From contig NZ_CP011391.1 in NCBI RefSeq assembly GCF_001564455.1, positions 900,001-932,000 of the forward strand: 32,000 nt of DNA, read 5' to 3'. Source of the DNA: Faecalibaculum rodentium. GTDB taxonomy: Bacteria; Bacillota_I; Bacilli_A; Erysipelotrichales; Erysipelotrichaceae. Of the stretch, positions 1 through 7,471 are shown piece by piece (position 1 is the first letter of the stretch; the number at the start of each line of letters is the position of its first letter). Made by a program: the position numbers and the translations under genes. Below the pieces are notes generated by a model. The model did no database searches. It worked only from the letters and a program-made list of their open reading frames with translations, and was not told the origin of the DNA.

Positions 1-1
1 G

Positions 2-553
2 GTGAAAAAACTTATTCTATACGCCTTTTCCACCGAGAACTGGAAACGCCCGGAAGACGAAGTGGGATATCTGTGCAAACTCCCGGGGCTGTTTTTCGAC
101 CGGTACATCCGGGATCTGATGAACAACAACATCCGCGTCACGTTTGCAGGAGAACTCGGACGTTTTCCGGACTCCACGCAGAAAGTGATTCGCCGCGCGG
201 TGGAGCAGACCGAAGACAATACCGGTCTGGAGCTGTGCATCGCGATCAATTACGGTGCCCGCCGGGAACTGCTGCTGGCGGCGCAGAAGTATGCCGAAGA
301 TGTCAGGAATGGCCGGGAAAACAACGTGACGGAAGAGGAGTTTTCGAAGTACCTTTTTGTCCCCGAGGAGGTGGATCTGCTGATCCGGACCAGCGGAGAA
401 GAACGGATTTCCAACTTCCTGCTCTGGCAGCTGGCCTACAGTGAGCTGATTTTCACACCGACTGCCTGGCCGGATTTTGATGAGTCGTCTTTGCGCGAGT
501 GCATCACAGAATACAATCACCGTGAGCGGCGGTTCGGAGGCGTCAAGGCATGA
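2..553 (+). CDS. uppS: Undecaprenyl-diphosphate synthase (isoprenyl transferase); N-terminus lies outside the window
   Basis: Translation carries UppS hallmarks [39 protein letters not shown] and a C-terminal RERRFGG. The ORF is open to the window edge. Its stop overlaps the cdsA start (ATGA at 550-553). Confidence 0.95.
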   Translation: MKKLILYAFSTENWKRPEDEVGYLCKLPGLFFDRYIRDLMNNNIRVTFAGELGRFPDSTQKVIRRAVEQTEDNTGLELCIAINYGARRELLLAAQKYAEDVRNGRENNVTEEEFSKYLFVPEEVDLLIRTSGEERISNFLLWQLAYSELIFTPTAWPDFDESSLRECITEYNHRERRFGGVKA

Positions 554-1317
554 AGACCCGTGTGATCACCGCCATCTGCATCATTGCGGCCGTTGCCATC
601 CCTGTGGCACTTGGCGGAGTATGGCTGAACCTCCTGGCTGTGTTCATCCTCGTGAGCGGTCTCTGGGAATGGTGCCGCAACCTGGAGGGATTCGGCACCT
701 GGGGAAAAGCCGTGCTGCCGGTCCTGATCGGCCTCACCTTTCTGTCCCGGTGGATGATGCCCGTGACCGGCTATGCCTGGCTGGCCATCTGCGGACTGAT
801 CCTCTGGTCGGTTCCTGTATTCTGCGAATCATTCACCGTGCAGGATTCCTGGAGCGTCATCTCCGGATTCCTGTTCATGACTCTGGTGTGGCTGGCCATT
901 TCCGTGCTCGCAAAGGAACCCCGGTATCTCTGGACTCTGTGTTTTGCCACCTATGGATCGGATACCGGCGCCTATTTTGTGGGGTCGAAACTGGGGAAAC
1001 ACAAAATGAACCCCAGGGTCTCCCCGAAGAAAAGCTGGGAAGGCTTTTTCGGGGGCATCCTCTCGGGAATCGTCCTGTCCCTGGTCCTGTCGCTGTTCTA
1101 CAGCCACGGACTGAATCCGGTGCTGAACACACTTCTGTGCGTTCTCTGTCCTGTGGTGGCAGAACTGGGGGATCTTTGTTTCTCGGCGTTCAAACGGGTG
1201 TATTCTGTCAAAGATTTCAGCAATCTGCTTCCCGGGCACGGAGGGATTCTGGACCGGGTGGATTCGCTGCTGTATAATATCATCCTGTTCGGGATCCTGT
1301 TCCAGCTGCTCTATTAA
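550..1317 (+). CDS. cdsA: Phosphatidate cytidylyltransferase (CDP-diglyceride synthase)
   Basis: Polytopic membrane protein with the CdsA signature [12 protein letters not shown] ... [12 protein letters not shown]. It sits in the classic uppS-cdsA position with a 4-nt start/stop overlap. Confidence 0.93.
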   Translation: MKTRVITAICIIAAVAIPVALGGVWLNLLAVFILVSGLWEWCRNLEGFGTWGKAVLPVLIGLTFLSRWMMPVTGYAWLAICGLILWSVPVFCESFTVQDSWSVISGFLFMTLVWLAISVLAKEPRYLWTLCFATYGSDTGAYFVGSKLGKHKMNPRVSPKKSWEGFFGGILSGIVLSLVLSLFYSHGLNPVLNTLLCVLCPVVAELGDLCFSAFKRVYSVKDFSNLLPGHGGILDRVDSLLYNIILFGILFQLLY

Positions 1318-1350
1318 TGCAGACAGGACAGGATACAGACTGAAGGCACC

Positions 1351-1386
1351 GTTCGGTATCCGGATATCGGATACCGGACTTTTTTC
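1351..1386 (+). terminator. Rho-independent terminator after cdsA
   Basis: Perfect 8-bp stem GGTATCCG (1355-1362) / CGGATACC (1368-1375) with a 5-nt loop, extendable by flanking pairs, followed by TTTTTT (1380-1385). Confidence 0.75.
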
Positions 1387-1491
1387 AAACTGCAGACTGC
1401 AGAAAACGGACCGGGCTTCACCTGCCGCAGGGCACAGGAACCGGATGCTGACAGCCGCAGGCAGCCAGATAAGCTCCTGCGGGAAAGGGGA

Positions 1492-2577
1492 ATGGAAATG
1501 AACATAGTCATAGGGCTGATCGCCTTTGTTTTCATGCTGGGGGTCATTGTGCTGATCCACGAATTCGGACATTACATTGCCGCAAAAAAGTTCGGAGTCT
1601 ATGTCCGGGAGTTTTCCCTGGGCATGGGGCCGGCATTGTGGCAGAAGCAGGGAAAGGAAACGGTTTTTTCCATCCGGGCCATACCCTTTGGCGGCTACTG
1701 TATGATGGCAGGGGAAGCTGACAACGTGGAAGATGAGGAAGACCAGGAAGACTGGCAGCATGACGTGCCGGAAGACCGGTGGCTGAATCACAAAAAAACC
1801 TGGCAGCAGATCGTGGTCATGGCCGCCGGTGTCTGCATGAATTTTCTGCTCGCAGCCATTCTCTATATTGCGATCGCCCTGTGCCAGGGTTATGTGGTGG
1901 TAAGCGAGCCGGTCATCAGCGAAGTCATTGCCGACACACCCGCTGAAACTGCCGGACTCCAGCCTGGAGACAGGATCACAAAACTGGAAGCGGACGGGGA
2001 TGTGCAGACCATCGAGACCCAGAGCGATGTCACCACGTTCGTGAATCTGCACCCTGGTGAAGAAGTGCAGGTGACGGTGGACCGCAGCGGACAGGACCAG
2101 ATCCTGAGCCTCACGCCGGAACTGGATGAAGAATCCAATGTCTATCTCATCGGGTTCCGTTCCTCGGCTAAGGCCGTTCCCATCCCCTGGTACCAGAGCA
2201 TCGGTGAAGGCCTGAAAACGATGTGGAACAACACCACGCTGATCTTCCGCTCCTTCGGCATGCTCCTGAGCGGCAAAGGCTTCGAGAACCTGTCCGGCCC
2301 CATCGGCATTCTCGACGTCACCACACAGACTGCTTCCATGGGACTGCTGCCGTACCTGAGCCTGTTTGCGCTCATCAGTCTGAATATCGGCATCTTCAAC
2401 CTGATCCCGATCCCGGCCATGGACGGCGGACGAATCCTGATCCTGGGACTTGAACGGATCTTCCGGCGCAAAATCAATCCGAAGATCGTGGAAAACGTCA
2501 TTGCAGCGAGCTTTCTGCTGCTGATCGGGCTGTTTCTGTATGCCAGCTTCAATGACATCATGCGGCTGATTGGCTGA
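1492..2577 (+). CDS. rseP: RIP (site-2) zinc metalloprotease, RseP/RasP family
   Basis: HEFGHY (HExxH) in the first TM helix, a central PDZ-like segment (AGLQPGDRITKL) and the NLIPIPAMDGG motif near the C-terminus. The ATG at 1498 has better spacing to the AAAGGGG SD (7 nt versus 1 nt), so the true start may be 1498. Confidence 0.92.
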   Translation: MEMNIVIGLIAFVFMLGVIVLIHEFGHYIAAKKFGVYVREFSLGMGPALWQKQGKETVFSIRAIPFGGYCMMAGEADNVEDEEDQEDWQHDVPEDRWLNHKKTWQQIVVMAAGVCMNFLLAAILYIAIALCQGYVVVSEPVISEVIADTPAETAGLQPGDRITKLEADGDVQTIETQSDVTTFVNLHPGEEVQVTVDRSGQDQILSLTPELDEESNVYLIGFRSSAKAVPIPWYQSIGEGLKTMWNNTTLIFRSFGMLLSGKGFENLSGPIGILDVTTQTASMGLLPYLSLFALISLNIGIFNLIPIPAMDGGRILILGLERIFRRKINPKIVENVIAASFLLLIGLFLYASFNDIMRLIG

Positions 2578-2591
2578 TATCATCCATATAC

Positions 2592-2618
2592 GGCTCCCAT
2601 TGCGGGAGCCTTTTCTCC
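2592..2618 (+). terminator. Rho-independent terminator after rseP
   Basis: GGCTCCC (2592-2598) / GGGAGCC (2604-2610) 7-bp stem with a 5-nt loop, then TTTTCTCC. Confidence 0.65.
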
Positions 2619-2710
2619 TGTCCTGCCGATGATGGCAAAGACCGGGCACAACCCATGTCCGGCTCCAGCCCTGTGCTGACCGGATTCCGGGCATCAGATA
2701 CAATGAAGTC

Positions 2711-3544
2711 ATGAACATCTTTGAAGCCCTGAACCAGCCCGGCTTTTCGCCGGCAGAACAGCAGGTGGCGGATCACCTGAAGAAACAGCCCTGGAAAGCA
2801 GCGGGCATGACCGTACGGGAACTGGCGGCCGAAACCTTTGTGTCTCCTGCCACGGTTCTTCGGGTGGCGCACAAATGCGGATACAGCGGATGGCGGGATT
2901 TTACTGCCGCTCTGCTTCTGTATTCCGAAAATGCCAAGCAGCAGCAGGTATCCGTCAATATGTCCCGGCCTTTTGGCATGCAGGGATCCTCTGCAGCGAT
3001 CGTGTCATCCATCAAGTCCCTGTTTGAACAGACTGTTCAGGAAGCCGCAGCTCTGATCTCCCTGGAAGATCTGGAAAAAGCTGCATCCATCCTCACAGCG
3101 GCGGACCGGATCTTTGTCTTTGCCATTGGAGACTCCTCCCTGACGGCGAGGTCTTTCATGAACAAGCTGGTGAAGGTCAACATCCATCCCGTCCTGGCCA
3201 CGGAATATGGGCAGGAAATCGAGGAATGCTGGAATATGCAGCAAGGGGATGCAGCCCTGTTCGTGTCCTATCACGGTCAGTCAAAGGACCTGGTCCGCTG
3301 TGCGTCGATCCTGAAATCAAAAGGGATTTTTTCCATCCTGGTGACCAGGGAGGGAACAAACCCTCTGGCTGAAACCTGCAGTCTTGTCCTTCCGGTTCCG
3401 GCTCACGAAAAGCTCAGGAGGATCGCCAACTTCCATTCCCGTATCGGGATGGAGTTTGTTCTGGATGTCCTGTTTTCCATCTTCTACCAGCAGAATTACA
3501 TCCGGTTTGAACGGCATAAAGCCATGCTGGATGCCAGCCGCTGA
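2711..3544 (+). CDS. MurR/RpiR-family transcriptional regulator (N-terminal HTH plus SIS sugar-phosphate-binding domain)
   Basis: N-terminal HTH_6-like segment (MTVRELAAETFVSPATVLRVAHKCGYSGWRDF) followed by a SIS-like Rossmann region (RIFVFAIGDSSLTARSF...ALFVSYHGQSKD). Confidence 0.85.
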   Translation: MNIFEALNQPGFSPAEQQVADHLKKQPWKAAGMTVRELAAETFVSPATVLRVAHKCGYSGWRDFTAALLLYSENAKQQQVSVNMSRPFGMQGSSAAIVSSIKSLFEQTVQEAAALISLEDLEKAASILTAADRIFVFAIGDSSLTARSFMNKLVKVNIHPVLATEYGQEIEECWNMQQGDAALFVSYHGQSKDLVRCASILKSKGIFSILVTREGTNPLAETCSLVLPVPAHEKLRRIANFHSRIGMEFVLDVLFSIFYQQNYIRFERHKAMLDASR

Positions 3545-3712
3545 AACAAAGTTTGAAGGTTCGGCGGCTTTTTTCTGCCATCGGCAAAACAGAAAATCAG
3601 GATGAACAGCGGCTCTTCTTTGCCGGCTGCCTGCGCGCTATGTTGAAGGTGCAGGAAGAAGCAGTGATGCTGACAGCAGACACTTCCGGCGCAGAAAACA
3701 GGAGGAACGGAT

Positions 3713-4198
3713 ATGGAATACAACAGCCTGATGCACATTGGATTTTTCACAGACCGGATGGAGGAAATGGTCCGGTTTTATACGGAGGTCCTGGGAGGAA
3801 CGGTGAAAGTCGTGTCCCGGTACGGCAGTTACCTGCACAGGGATGACAGGCCGGCCATGCAGGCCATTGCCAAAGTGCGGCCGAATGACATCTTCAACAT
3901 CTATGTGGAGATGGCACCGGGTCAGTTTGTGGAATTTTTCCCCAAAGAAGAGGGCCAGAAGGAACACACAGGGTTCAATGAACACCTGGGGTATTCCCAT
4001 TTCGCCCTGTGTGTGCCGGATATCCAGGAAGCCGTGCGGGAACTGGAAAGCAGGGGACTGACCTTTGACACCAAACTGTCGAAAGGACCATCTGAAACAT
4101 GGCAGATCTGGGCCCATGACCCGGATGGAAACAAGTTCGAGATCATGCAGTTCACCGACAAGTCCTGGCAGGTGACAGGACATGGAGTGGATGCATGA
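3713..4198 (+). CDS. VOC (glyoxalase/bleomycin-resistance/dioxygenase fold) family protein
   Basis: About 160 aa with the typical paired beta-alpha-beta-beta-beta pattern (HIGFFTDRMEEMVRFYTEVLG ... YSHFALCVPDIQEAVRELESRG ... DPDGNKFEIMQ). AGGAGGA SD 6 nt upstream. The stop overlaps the next start (ATGA). Confidence 0.8.
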   Translation: MEYNSLMHIGFFTDRMEEMVRFYTEVLGGTVKVVSRYGSYLHRDDRPAMQAIAKVRPNDIFNIYVEMAPGQFVEFFPKEEGQKEHTGFNEHLGYSHFALCVPDIQEAVRELESRGLTFDTKLSKGPSETWQIWAHDPDGNKFEIMQFTDKSWQVTGHGVDA

Positions 4199-5178
4199 AG
4201 CTGGGGATCATCGGCACGGGTCTGATCGTACAGGAGTTTCTGCCGGAACTGACAAAGCTGGAAGGGCTGGAGGTGAAGGCGCTGCTTTCCACGCCGCGAT
4301 CGAAAGAGAAAGCGGAAAGACTGGCTGCAGAACACGGCGTGACGGCTGTCATGACTGACTTTGAAAAGCTGGCGTCTCAGGACATTGATGCCGTGTATAT
4401 CGCAGTCCCCAATGACCTGCACCATCTGTATGCCAAAAAGGCACTGGAGGCCGGGCTCCATGTCATTGTGGAAAAACCCATGGCCGCCACAGAAGCACAG
4501 GCCAGGGAACTGGCGGAGCTGGCCCGCAAACAGGACCGGTGCCTGCTGGAAGCGGTCACTGTCAGCATGCTGCCTGGATTTGAAATGATCCGCCGTTGGC
4601 TGCCTGCGATCGGTCAGGTGAAGTCCGTCTCCTGTTCGTACCTGCAGTACTCCCGGCGCTATGATGCCTTTCGCAGCGGGGAGATCCTGCCGGCGTTCGA
4701 CCCGGCCAAAGCCGGCGGGGCACTGATGGACCTCAATGTATACAACCTGCATTTTGTCCTGAACCTCTTCGGCAGACCGCAGGAGACACGGTATTTTGCG
4801 ACAGTGGAACAGGACATTGATACAGGCGGCACACTCATATTGTCGTATCCGGGATTTCAGGCCGTCTGCACTGCAGCCAAGACCTGCAGCGGGCCAAATC
4901 AGTGCATCATTGCAGGCACCTGGGGCACCATCACCACTTCTCAGGCAGCGAACACCATCGGAAGCGTCACGCTGGAGCTGAGAAATGGTCAGCGGGAGAC
5001 CTTTGAACCGCCCAGGGAGTCCAGGGTGCTGCCGGAGTTTCGACGGTTCATGAAGATCATAGACGGACACAGGAAGAAGGAGGGGCTGGAAAAGGTGGAG
5101 GTCTCTCTGGAAGCGGCCAGGATCCTGACAGAGACCCGGAGGCAGAATGACATCGTGTTTCCTGCCGATGCAGACTGA
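4195..5178 (+). CDS. Gfo/Idh/MocA-family NAD(P)-dependent oxidoreductase
   Basis: N-terminal Rossmann motif MKLGIIGTGLI and the conserved EKP motif (HVIVEKPMA). Translationally coupled to the VOC gene. Confidence 0.85.
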   Translation: MKLGIIGTGLIVQEFLPELTKLEGLEVKALLSTPRSKEKAERLAAEHGVTAVMTDFEKLASQDIDAVYIAVPNDLHHLYAKKALEAGLHVIVEKPMAATEAQARELAELARKQDRCLLEAVTVSMLPGFEMIRRWLPAIGQVKSVSCSYLQYSRRYDAFRSGEILPAFDPAKAGGALMDLNVYNLHFVLNLFGRPQETRYFATVEQDIDTGGTLILSYPGFQAVCTAAKTCSGPNQCIIAGTWGTITTSQAANTIGSVTLELRNGQRETFEPPRESRVLPEFRRFMKIIDGHRKKEGLEKVEVSLEAARILTETRRQNDIVFPADAD

Positions 5179-5296
5179 GCCGGGTCAGTGAGTTACAGGC
5201 AGCTGACAGTCCCGTGAAAGGAGGTGATGGAGTGAAGGCTTCATCGCCTTTTGCGGATGCGGCAGACCGTCCTGAATGACTCGCAGCCTCAACGGC

Positions 5297-5326
5297 TTGA
5301 CCTGTATTGTCAGGCGGGGATATACT
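5297..5326 (+). promoter_or_regulatory. Candidate sigma-A promoter of the arsR-sdpI-LOR operon
   Basis: TTGACC (5297-5302), an 18-nt spacer, then TATACT (5321-5326), about 70 nt upstream of the arsR ATG. Confidence 0.45.
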
Positions 5327-5339
5327 GATTGCAGATAAC

Positions 5340-5359
5340 ACATAACAAATATGTTATGT
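5340..5359. promoter_or_regulatory. Perfect 8-4-8 palindrome; candidate ArsR/SdpR-type operator
   Basis: ACATAACA-AATA-TGTTATGT has perfect dyad symmetry. It lies just downstream of the predicted -10/TSS and 39 nt upstream of the arsR-family ATG. Confidence 0.5.
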
Positions 5360-5397
5360 AATGAAAGCCGAACCTTCATAGGCAGAAAGGACTGCAC

Positions 5398-5706
5398 ATG
5401 CCCATTGACACCACGCTGAAAGCTCTGGACGATCCTGTCCGGCGCCGGATCCTGCATTTGCTGCAGGAGAAATCCATGACCGTGACCGAACTGGTTTCGC
5501 ACTTCGACATCTCCCAGCCCGCCATTTCCCGGCATCTGGCGATCCTGAAAAAAGCGGACCTGATCCGCGACAGCCGGCAGGGAAAGTTTGTCATCTATTC
5601 CCTCAGCACGTCAGTTCTGGAAGAAATGATCCTGTGGATCCGGGAACTGAAAGGAGAAACCGATGAAACAGCAGATTCTGAAGTACCGGAAAGAGCTCGC
5701 AGCTGA
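5398..5706 (+). CDS. ArsR/SmtB-family winged-HTH repressor, SdpR-like (no metal-ligand residues visible)
   Basis: LDDPVRRRILHLL ... MTVTELVSHFDISQPAISRHLAILKKADLI ... GKFVIYSL is the canonical ArsR wHTH. The protein has no cysteine and no alpha5-type His/Asp/Glu cluster. GAAAGG SD 7 nt upstream. Confidence 0.85.
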   Translation: MPIDTTLKALDDPVRRRILHLLQEKSMTVTELVSHFDISQPAISRHLAILKKADLIRDSRQGKFVIYSLSTSVLEEMILWIRELKGETDETADSEVPERARS

Positions 5707-6760
5707 AACGCTGGTCCTGTTGCTTCCCACACTTGCGGGTCTTGTCCTGCCAGCCTCGTCATCTGATTTTCTGCGGCTGGAATGGCAGTGGCTGCTGCCG
5801 GCTTTCAACGTGGCTGTCTTCTGGGGGACTTTTCTGTTCTGTGCCGCGGTTCCAACCTTTCGCAGCGTATCCCGGAAAACAGTCACATTCCTGTTTCGCC
5901 TGCTGACGGTTTCGGAAACAGCTGTCTGCCTGATCCTGATGGCGCTGGATTACGGCAGCAGTTTCAGCGTCGTGACCCTGATCAACGGAATGACCGCTCT
6001 GCTGTTTCTGATCATCGGCAACATTCTTCCGAAAATCGGGCCGAATTCCGTCATCGGCATCCGGACCAGCTGGGCTCTGCAGAGCGAAGAAGCCTGGAAT
6101 TATACACAGCGGCAGGGCGGCAGGCTGATGGTTCTGGCTTCCCTGGTGATGCTTCTTTGCTGCTTCATGCCAGGGTGGCAGCCACAGGTGCTGTACTGGA
6201 CAGCACTGCTGGGATCGGTTGCCGGTTCGATCTGGATTTCCTGGAAGTATGCCAGGGATCATCCCGCACCAAAGGCCGCCGCCTTGCAGGGACCGCAGGA
6301 AAAGAAAGCGGAGAAAACCGCTGCAGTGGTCACGGTGGTGCTGCTGGTGATGGTGGCTCTGGGAATCGGGGCTTTGCTGGCACTTTCAGAGTATCAGGTG
6401 GTATTCCGGCAGGACAGACTGGTCCTGGATGCAAACACAGCCCCGGATGCGGCCATACAGTATGCACAGATCCGGAGTCTCCGGCTGGCGGATGCCGATG
6501 ATCCGCAGGCGGCCACAGGTTCAAAGGTGGTCGGGTACAACGGGTTCGGCCTGGAGATGGGAACCTTCGAGAGCAGCCGGCTGGGCAGATATCACCGCTA
6601 TGTGCATGCGGGCAGCCCGGTGATCGTGGTTCAGACTGACCAGGAAACGGTTGTGTTCAGCGGCAGGGATACACAGGAAACCCGCAGTCTCTATGAGAGG
6701 CTGAAGGAGAAAACGGCTGAAGCGGGTGACTGGCAGGAGGGACCGGCAAAATCCGGTTGA
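5663..6760 (+). CDS. SdpI/YhfL-family membrane protein fused to an extra TM helix and a C-terminal bPH-like soluble domain
   Basis: Six predicted TM helices with the SdpI-family core GNILPKIGPNSVIGIRTSWALQSEEAWNYTQRQGGR. These are followed by a K-rich linker, a 7th TM (AAVVTVVLLVMVALGIGALLAL) and a soluble tail of roughly 120 aa. AAAGGAG SD 6 nt upstream of ATG 5663. The start overlaps the arsR gene by 44 nt. Confidence 0.75.
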   Translation: MKQQILKYRKELAAETLVLLLPTLAGLVLPASSSDFLRLEWQWLLPAFNVAVFWGTFLFCAAVPTFRSVSRKTVTFLFRLLTVSETAVCLILMALDYGSSFSVVTLINGMTALLFLIIGNILPKIGPNSVIGIRTSWALQSEEAWNYTQRQGGRLMVLASLVMLLCCFMPGWQPQVLYWTALLGSVAGSIWISWKYARDHPAPKAAALQGPQEKKAEKTAAVVTVVLLVMVALGIGALLALSEYQVVFRQDRLVLDANTAPDAAIQYAQIRSLRLADADDPQAATGSKVVGYNGFGLEMGTFESSRLGRYHRYVHAGSPVIVVQTDQETVVFSGRDTQETRSLYERLKEKTAEAGDWQEGPAKSG

Positions 6761-6837
6761 GCGTTCTGCCGTTTCTGATTTATCTGATTACTCTTCTTTT
6801 ACTGTAAATCCGGAATAGAGACTGTTAGACTGGAGTC

Positions 6838-7326
6838 ATGAACCATTCCCTTTATATTTCGCAGAAATTCTTCTCGCTCTGGGGCGAATACAATGTCGAG
6901 AACAACGCCGGTCAGACTGTATTTACAGTCCGGGGTGAACCGTCCATCACACGCCGTCAGTCAGTCTTCGATGACAGCGGAAAACAGGTGGGAGAACTCC
7001 ACAAAGTCCTGCTTTCCTGGCTGGCAAGGTTTGAAATCGATATCGATGGACAGCCCGCCGGCACGATTCAGCAGAAATTCGGGTTCCGCCCGAAGCTGGA
7101 ACTGGAGTACTTTGGCTGGAGCGTCCAGGGCAATGTCTGGGGCTGGAACTACGATGTCCGCGATGCGCAGGGGCAGGTCATTGCACAGATCCGCAAGGAA
7201 ATCTGGCATCTGACAGACCACTATGCGATTCATTATGATGATCCCCGAAACAGGCTGCCGCTGTTGCTGCTGGCCCTGGCCATTGACTGCATCAGCGATT
7301 CCAGTGCCATGGCAAATGCCGGCTGA
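6838..7326 (+). CDS. LURP-one-related / YxjI-like protein (Tubby C-terminal-like fold family)
   Basis: LYISQKFFSLWGEYNVENNAGQTVFTVRG at the N-terminus and LLLALAIDCISD near the C-terminus match my memory of the B. subtilis YxjI/DUF567 pattern. There is no terminator between it and the sdpI-like gene. Confidence 0.78.
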   Translation: MNHSLYISQKFFSLWGEYNVENNAGQTVFTVRGEPSITRRQSVFDDSGKQVGELHKVLLSWLARFEIDIDGQPAGTIQQKFGFRPKLELEYFGWSVQGNVWGWNYDVRDAQGQVIAQIRKEIWHLTDHYAIHYDDPRNRLPLLLLALAIDCISDSSAMANAG

Positions 7327-7377
7327 CTGCCCTGGCGATTCAGGGGACGCATCCGGCAGAATGGAGAACAGGAAAAA

Positions 7378-7422
7378 AACCGGTCACGTGAGATTCTGTG
7401 AAAGAATCGGATGTGACCGGTT
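7378..7422. terminator. Bidirectional terminator between the convergent LOR and hlyIII genes
   Basis: AACCGGTCAC (7378-7387) / GTGACCGGTT (7413-7422) perfect 10-bp stem, flanked by an A-run (7373-7379) and a T-run (7421-7424). The loop is long (25 nt). Confidence 0.6.
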
Positions 7423-7471
7423 TTGCCTGTCTGCGCCAGCGGAAACGTGGCAGCTGCGCTGACAGGGAGAG

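Noticed and set aside
829-2718. A 629-aa ORF on the minus strand spanning cdsA and rseP.
   Set aside because: It lies antisense to two genes with unmistakable family motifs. Its translation is Arg/Pro/Gly/His-rich and low in complexity, with no motif. This is the typical shadow ORF of a GC-rich genome.
3922-5070. A 382-aa minus-strand ORF opposite the VOC and Gfo/Idh/MocA genes.
   Set aside because: It is antisense to two coupled genes with clear Rossmann/EKP and VOC patterns, and it has no features of its own.
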